From positions 1-62,388 of the forward strand of contig NW_021832140.1 in assembly GCF_006345805.1 (NCBI RefSeq): DNA of 62,388 nt, read 5' to 3'. The stretch comes from Octopus sinensis (lineage: Eukaryota). The translations under genes and the position numbers were made by a program. Below, piece by piece: positions 56,380 through 62,388 of this stretch. The notes under the pieces were generated by a model. That model searched no databases. It was not told the DNA's origin and worked only from the letters and a program-made list of their open reading frames with translations. Position 1 is the first letter of the stretch. Each line of letters starts with the position of its first letter.

Positions 56380-57134
56380 CGCGCACGCCTGCGTATATGC
56401 TTATATGTTCGTGCGTATGCGTATCATTCTCTGTGTTGTTTACATATCGCCGTTCGCCATTTTAGACGGATGTTTATGGTTTTGTAGAATTCGGCGGAAA
56501 ATATTTATATTTTCATTGTCGAAAAAAAAAATTAAATTGTATGTTGTAATGAACGGAACAGACTTTTTCTGCAAAGAACTTGCGACAAAAGTGAAGAGCT
56601 ACATTCAGTCGGGAATCGAAATCACGAGGTATTTTTGCATTAGCGGGGGTTTACTGGCAGCTCTACCACGTGATCGCTACTATAAATATAGAAATGTTTA
56701 TTTCTAACATCCGACATTACTAATATTCTATTGATTTCTACGATTGTAAATATAGAAATATTGGCACAAAGAGAAAGAATATAAAAGCAGGAATAGAAAT
56801 GAAAGGAGGATTCTTAAAAAAAAAAGATGTTAGGAACAAATATAAAAGAAAAGAAACTAAAAGATTACTTTTTTTTTGAGTAATGAAGAAAGGAATAATT
56901 GAAGAATGAAAGAAATAGAAGATGGCAACGGCGAAAAAGGAAGGAAATTGGAAATATATATATATTTTTCAATATCGGTTTCTTTTGTCTTGGAACAAAG
57001 CCTTATATTTTTTCCTGAGTGAGCAAAAAAAGTATGTTGTGACATTATTTCATTGGTCCAAAAGAATTAAGATCGTAAGTAAAATTAAACAGCTTCAACC
57101 AAAAATTGAAACCGCATTACTCTCTAGATTTCCC

Positions 57135-57197
57135 GGCGTAGTGGTAAGGAACGCGGGCTACTAAACCCAAGATTCCGAGTTCGATTCCAGGCAGTGA

Positions 57198-57234
<37 letters not shown>

Positions 57235-57350
57235 CACAACAACCACATCGAAAAATACCTTAGGAATGAGAACCCAGGTTCGAAATTTCCTCAAGACACC
57301 TGATGAAGGCTGGAGGGTTTATCAGCCGAAACGTTGTGTTAACAACAAAC
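57135..57350 (+). mobile_element. tRNA-headed unit with an (AAT)n linker and a hammerhead half-core tail
   Basis: ggcgtagtggtaagg (A box), gagttcgattcc (B box), (AAT)n, then CTGATGA (57300-57306)-A-GGCTGG-loop-TCAGCC-GAAAC. No matching NUH strand follows. Confidence 0.65.
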
Positions 57351-57529
57351 AAATATTTACTTAAAATGCTTAGACGAAATTTGACGCTACTGATAACAGT
57401 GATTATACCGTCAGTGGTGTTGCGAAAAGCCGCCCGGCTGAATAAAGATACATATTATGCAACAGAAGCAGTATTAAATTAATGCAGACATTTGTGTATC
57501 ATTATCAAATACATTGTTGATAGGCAAAT

Positions 57530-58165
57530 TTACTGAGTTAAGTCTACTACCCATAGATAATGAGTATTCGTTGTCAAATTTGTGGATTCAATAGTTCAGA
57601 GTTAATTATACTGCCTCCAGATAATTCGCATTAATCGAGAGATAAGTAAGTTCAAAGTTAAGTCTATTACCCATTACTAATTCGCACTTATCAAAATGTT
57701 GGATTGTTCAGAGACAAGTCTACTGATTATTGATAATTCGCACTAACTGGGAGCAATGTTGATTTAATTGTTCATAGTTAAATATCAATTATTTCGTGCT
57801 AATTAAGAACAAGATGGATTCCATTATTGACGTATAATTCGCTCTAACTGAGAGCTAGTAGAATTAACTGATCACAGCTAACCTCATGAGCTACGGATAA
57901 TTCACATCAATTGAGAATTGAAGGAAGAATCATTAGCACGCCAAAAGATAATGCTTAGCAAAATTACTCCCGACCGTTGTCAACTTTGCTTTTCATTCTA
58001 TCGGGGTAAATAAAATAAAACCATTTGAGCACAGCGGTCAATGTAATAGATATGGCCCCACCCCTCATAATTGCTGACTTTGTGCCAAAATTTGAAACAA
58101 TTAATGAATAAATAATCGAATTTAATCGTCCACAGCTAAGTCTTTTAATTACGGATAATTCGCAA
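57530..58165 (+). repeat. Degenerate ~56-bp tandem repeat interrupted by a SINE
   Basis: A taattcgc-like motif at ~57558, 57622, 57678, 57734, 57790, 57835, 57898 and 58156. Confidence 0.7.
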
Positions 58166-58736
58166 GAAAAGTGACAAGATATGGGCAACCGGTCTCCCAG
58201 TTTTACTTGGTTGTGTGGTAACCTTGTCACACAGCTACGTCCACCGCAATTAATGTGAAAACAACAAAAAGAAATGTTTGATTTAATGAATTTTAAATAT
58301 TCTTAATTAGTTGAAAGAATGAAATATATTAAAGAAGAGTTAAAATGAAGAAAAGAACGAAAGAAGGCGGGGATAAATGTAAAAGAGCTTCAAGTGGGAG
58401 GCAGGGTAGTTTGAAATAAATGAAAAAAGACTAATGAGAGGATAGAATGAATAAGTAAAGAAGTAAACGAAAGAATTTAATTAACGAAATGAATGAGAGC
58501 ACTTCGCCTATAGTTTGAGATGTAGGCACTGCTATGTGTTAAGAAGTCCACTTTGTAACCACGTGATTTCCAGTTCAGTCCCACTGCACTGCATGTGTGT
58601 TATACTATGACCATGGTCCAGCCAATACGTTATAAGTTAAACGGTGTAGAAGCCCGTCTTACATGTATATATACAAGCATACAAGTACACACACACATAT
58701 GTATATGAGTGTGTGTGTCTATGTATGTATATGCAT

Positions 58737-58776
<40 letters not shown>

Positions 58777-59279
58777 GTATACACACACATATATATATAC
58801 ATATATATATGTGTATAATTTTTTTCTTGATGCATTTAATTCTATATATTAGTGGGCAGATGGGGCTCCTTAACCGTGGTGAAGGCATCCCATCTAGAAG
58901 AGGGAAACTCTGATATAAAACCAGGTCTTCGGTTGCTGAGGGTCACCTTAACAAAGCTGTACTTTCTGCAAACAATGACTGATATGATAGACTAGTCTCT
59001 CCAGCTTGTTTATAGCGGCTCATCTAGGAGATGGAAACCTCTGTGGCACATATGTGCACCATATTCTTGCTATTATCACTTCCAAAATGTGTGGCTGGTT
59101 CTACACAAGCCTTCAACACTCAAATCATCTGTGTGGTTTTTCTGACAACTTACATTCATTTATTCAATACGGCATAGCTTCAACTTGAAAAAAAATCAAA
59201 AAGTCCTCTGGCAAGAGAGTGAAAGTGGCACGGACAGGTAAAGGATATTGCTGGAAATCTCTTGCTGGATCTCTACACA

Positions 59280-59880
59280 GTCGGCGAACATTGGGTGATG
59301 GCAGTTCCAGCACAGAACTAGTGAATAACTGTGCTGTCCGTGTCCTCGAGTGATGACAAAACAGGTCTATTTAGACTCAGTACTGCTTTTCCCAACAGGA
59401 GGAGGGGCGAGAAAAGGAGCGCCAAACATTGCTTACTCACCTTAAACTTGGCTGCTCGCTGCGGCTGTCTGGTTATTCAGTAACGCAGTCGAAACACGAA
59501 AAAATCTAAGAATATTAACCCTGGCTCTTGAAATGTGCGCACTCTCCAAGACAGTCACTCAGCACCACAATGAAAAACAGCATTGGTTGCCCTTGAACTA
59601 AAGAGATACAACATTGATATAGCTGCACTCAGTGAAACTCGTCTTGCAGCATCATCCCAGTTAGAAGAAAGTAACGGTGGATACGTGTCTTTCTGGCGTG
59701 GAACAAATGAAGACGAGCCACACCACTCTAGTGCTGGTTTTGCTGCTATGCTCCAACCATGGCCAGCACTGAGCAGGAAAAGATGAATTTACAACCAACT
59801 CCATGATGTCATCTCCATTTGTCACCATAGAGATAAACTTATCCTTATGGGCGACTTTAACACTCGTGTTGGTACTGACA
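59280..59880 (+). mobile_element. RTE-clade LINE 5' relic (probable 5' UTR plus APE endonuclease)
   Basis: GS*NVRTL...TALVALELKRYNIDIAALSETRL...GGYVSFWRG and DKLILMGDFNTRVG. Confidence 0.88.
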
Positions 59881-60001
59881 GAATAAGTACCCGACTAAAA
59901 ATAAATAAATAGCAACAAAAATTTCAGCGGTTAAATCAAGGCAGTTCTCCAGCATGGCCGGAGTCCTGTGACTGATATAAAGGCAGCTCCATCACACACA
60001 C

Positions 60002-60040
<39 letters not shown>

Positions 60041-60074
60041 GCACGCACGCACACACACGCGCGCGCACGCACAC

Positions 60075-60159
<85 letters not shown>

Positions 60160-60487
60160 GAAAAACAACATAGAATAAAAGATTTAAAGAAAGCTCAGTT
60201 AAAAGAAAGAAAAGAAGGAAAGGAAGAAATATAGAATGAAAGGAAGAAGAAGAAAGGTAAAAAGTGGGGAAAAGGAGGGAAATAGAAGCATAAACAATTA
60301 GTTGTGAAGGAATATGGAAAGAAATGAAGATATATTGGGAAAAATAAGGAATGATAAATAAATAAAATTTGGGAAGAATAATATAAAATATACAAAATGA
60401 AGGATGTGACGAAAATATAAGATGACATAAGAAATTGTTTGTGTATGTATGTGTGTGTGTGCGATCATGCTTGTGTACATATACATG

Positions 60488-60591
<104 letters not shown>

Positions 60592-61713
60592 CAAGTGTGA
60601 GTCCCTGTGTGCGTTTGTATATATATATATATTGTACACGTACAAAAACACAAAGAAAGAAATGGGAAGAAAATGAGAGGAGAGAATGTATGGAAGAATT
60701 CGAGAATGTAGAGATGGAATATGGACGAAGTAAATAAATGAAGAAATATTGTCAGAGAAAACAAGTAAACCAACATAAAAACTGAGAATATAGAGATTGA
60801 GAGATATTAGGAGAAAGTAGACAGTGAGAGAGAGAGAAAGGGGAAAGAGTGGAAAGGGATGGGAGGATGAAAGGGAAAGGAAAGAAAGAGGAGAGAAAGA
60901 AAGGGAAACCTTGAAAAAAGAGGAAGAGTGTAATGAGAGAAGGAACGAGCGAAAGAATACGAGAAAGTGAGATTGAAAGCAGGGAATAGAGAGAGAAAGA
61001 AATAGGGTGTGTGGAAACGATGCAAACAATAAGGAAATTTTTATGAGAATTTAAAAATTGAATGGTAAAAAGAAAAGAAGACAGCAATAGTTTTTGAAAC
61101 AAAAAACTCAAGAAGGATAAACAAAATATGAGAAAAACATGGCGTTTGAGAGCGTGTTTTTGTGAGTTGACCTTCATGGCGAACGGTATCTGTGTAGCAT
61201 GTTAGTTTCTTTCTTGATGTGAACTGTCGTGATATGAAACCGTGATCGTATGTTTGCTATGATGTATGTGGTATACTGGTTGATGGCGTGTAATTTTCTG
61301 GTTTTTAATTCTAGGTTTGGTTTGACAGGGAGATTTAACATCGGTATTTAGTGGTGGTGGTGGGTGGGGGGAGCCCACTGCACTAGCATAGGGTAGTGGT
61401 ATGGGTAGGTATGTGAGCGGAAAGGTAAACAGATGAACGAAGGTGAGGAAGAAGAGAATTGGAGATAGGGAGAGATAGAAAGAGAGAGAAAGAAAGAGGT
61501 GGGAGTAGAAGAAAAAATATAGCATCTGTGTGTGGTGAATGAGTTAGATGTAGTTGAGGGGTTTAAGAACATGACGGGGAGAAAATGGAAACATGATAGA
61601 TAACTGATGGAAAACCATGGCACTAATGTGTATGTGTGTGTGTGTGTGTTTCTGTGCGGATAGATAGATATGTAGGTAGATAGATAGTTGGATAGATACA
61701 TAGATAGATTGAC

Positions 61714-61768
<55 letters not shown>

Positions 61769-62226
61769 CAAAAAGATACATATAAAGAGTGAGGGAGAGA
61801 GAGAGAGACAGAGATAGATATAGAGTGAGCGATGTATATACAGGAAATAGAAAAAGAAACTGATGATGATGATGAGGATGATGAGGATGATGGGGGGATG
61901 TGGTAGCGGTGGCGGCGGCAGCGGCGGTAGTGGTAGTGGTGTTGGTGTTGAAGGAGATGGTGGTGGTGGTGGTGGTGACGATGATGAGGTTGATGATGAT
62001 GGTGGTGGTAGTGGTGGCGGTTGCGGCAATGTGGTGGTAGTGGTGGTGATAATAGACAACGACGATTATAGATGATGCGGAGAAGGAGGATGTTAGTAAT
62101 GGCGGTGATAGTGATTGCTATAATCAGTGATGATGATTTAGAATATGGCGGCAATAGATCTGAGGAAGATTATTTATATGTAATGATACTTTTGTTTGCA
62201 TTACTGGTTACTGAGGAATGTAGTAG

Positions 62227-62283
<57 letters not shown>

Positions 62284-62312
62284 CGATGATGATGATGATG
62301 ACGATAATGACA

Positions 62313-62353
<41 letters not shown>

Positions 62354-62388
62354 GAAGACGATAACGACAACGACGACGACGACAATGA

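Noticed and set aside
57530-58165. CRISPR-like array
   Set aside because: Eukaryotic context, inter-motif segments are homologous to each other rather than unique spacers, and no cas genes are present.
61348-62154. His/Pro/Gly-rich protein ORFs
   Set aside because: GGT/GAT trinucleotide runs and (GATA)n; no splice or domain support.

Overview
Gene-poor, AT-rich eukaryotic DNA saturated with microsatellites ((TA)n, (CA)n, (TAGA)n, (TATG)n, (AAT)n, (GAT)n) and decayed transposable elements. The SINE families and microsatellite load suggest a coleoid cephalopod, most likely Octopus; this is an inference from recalled repeat families, not a search. No intact protein-coding gene is supported, and almost all ORFs in the track are microsatellite artefacts. 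Recognisable elements: many tRNA-derived SINEs; two L1/Tx1-clade LINE relics; R2-superfamily REL relics (HERO-like and R4/Dong-like); an RTE endonuclease relic; an internally deleted mariner with both TIRs; a DD37D/maT relic; and fragments of three divergent Penelope-like element (PLE) lineages. The most notable signal is a set of hammerhead-ribozyme (HHR) folds: an intact minimal HHR inside a ~720-bp foldback (18559-18609), a candidate U3:A8 covariant minimal HHR (7460-7497, minus), an HHR with a long pyrimidine loop III whose flanking blocks recur in swapped order elsewhere (16990-17061 vs 5650-5990), and a tRNA-headed unit ending in an HHR half-core (57135-57350). At least eight inverted-repeat structures also occur, including a perfect 64-bp palindrome. 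A possible decayed intronless GPCR pseudogene lies at ~27.7-28.3 kb. Alignments and folds were done by eye and most boundaries are approximate.
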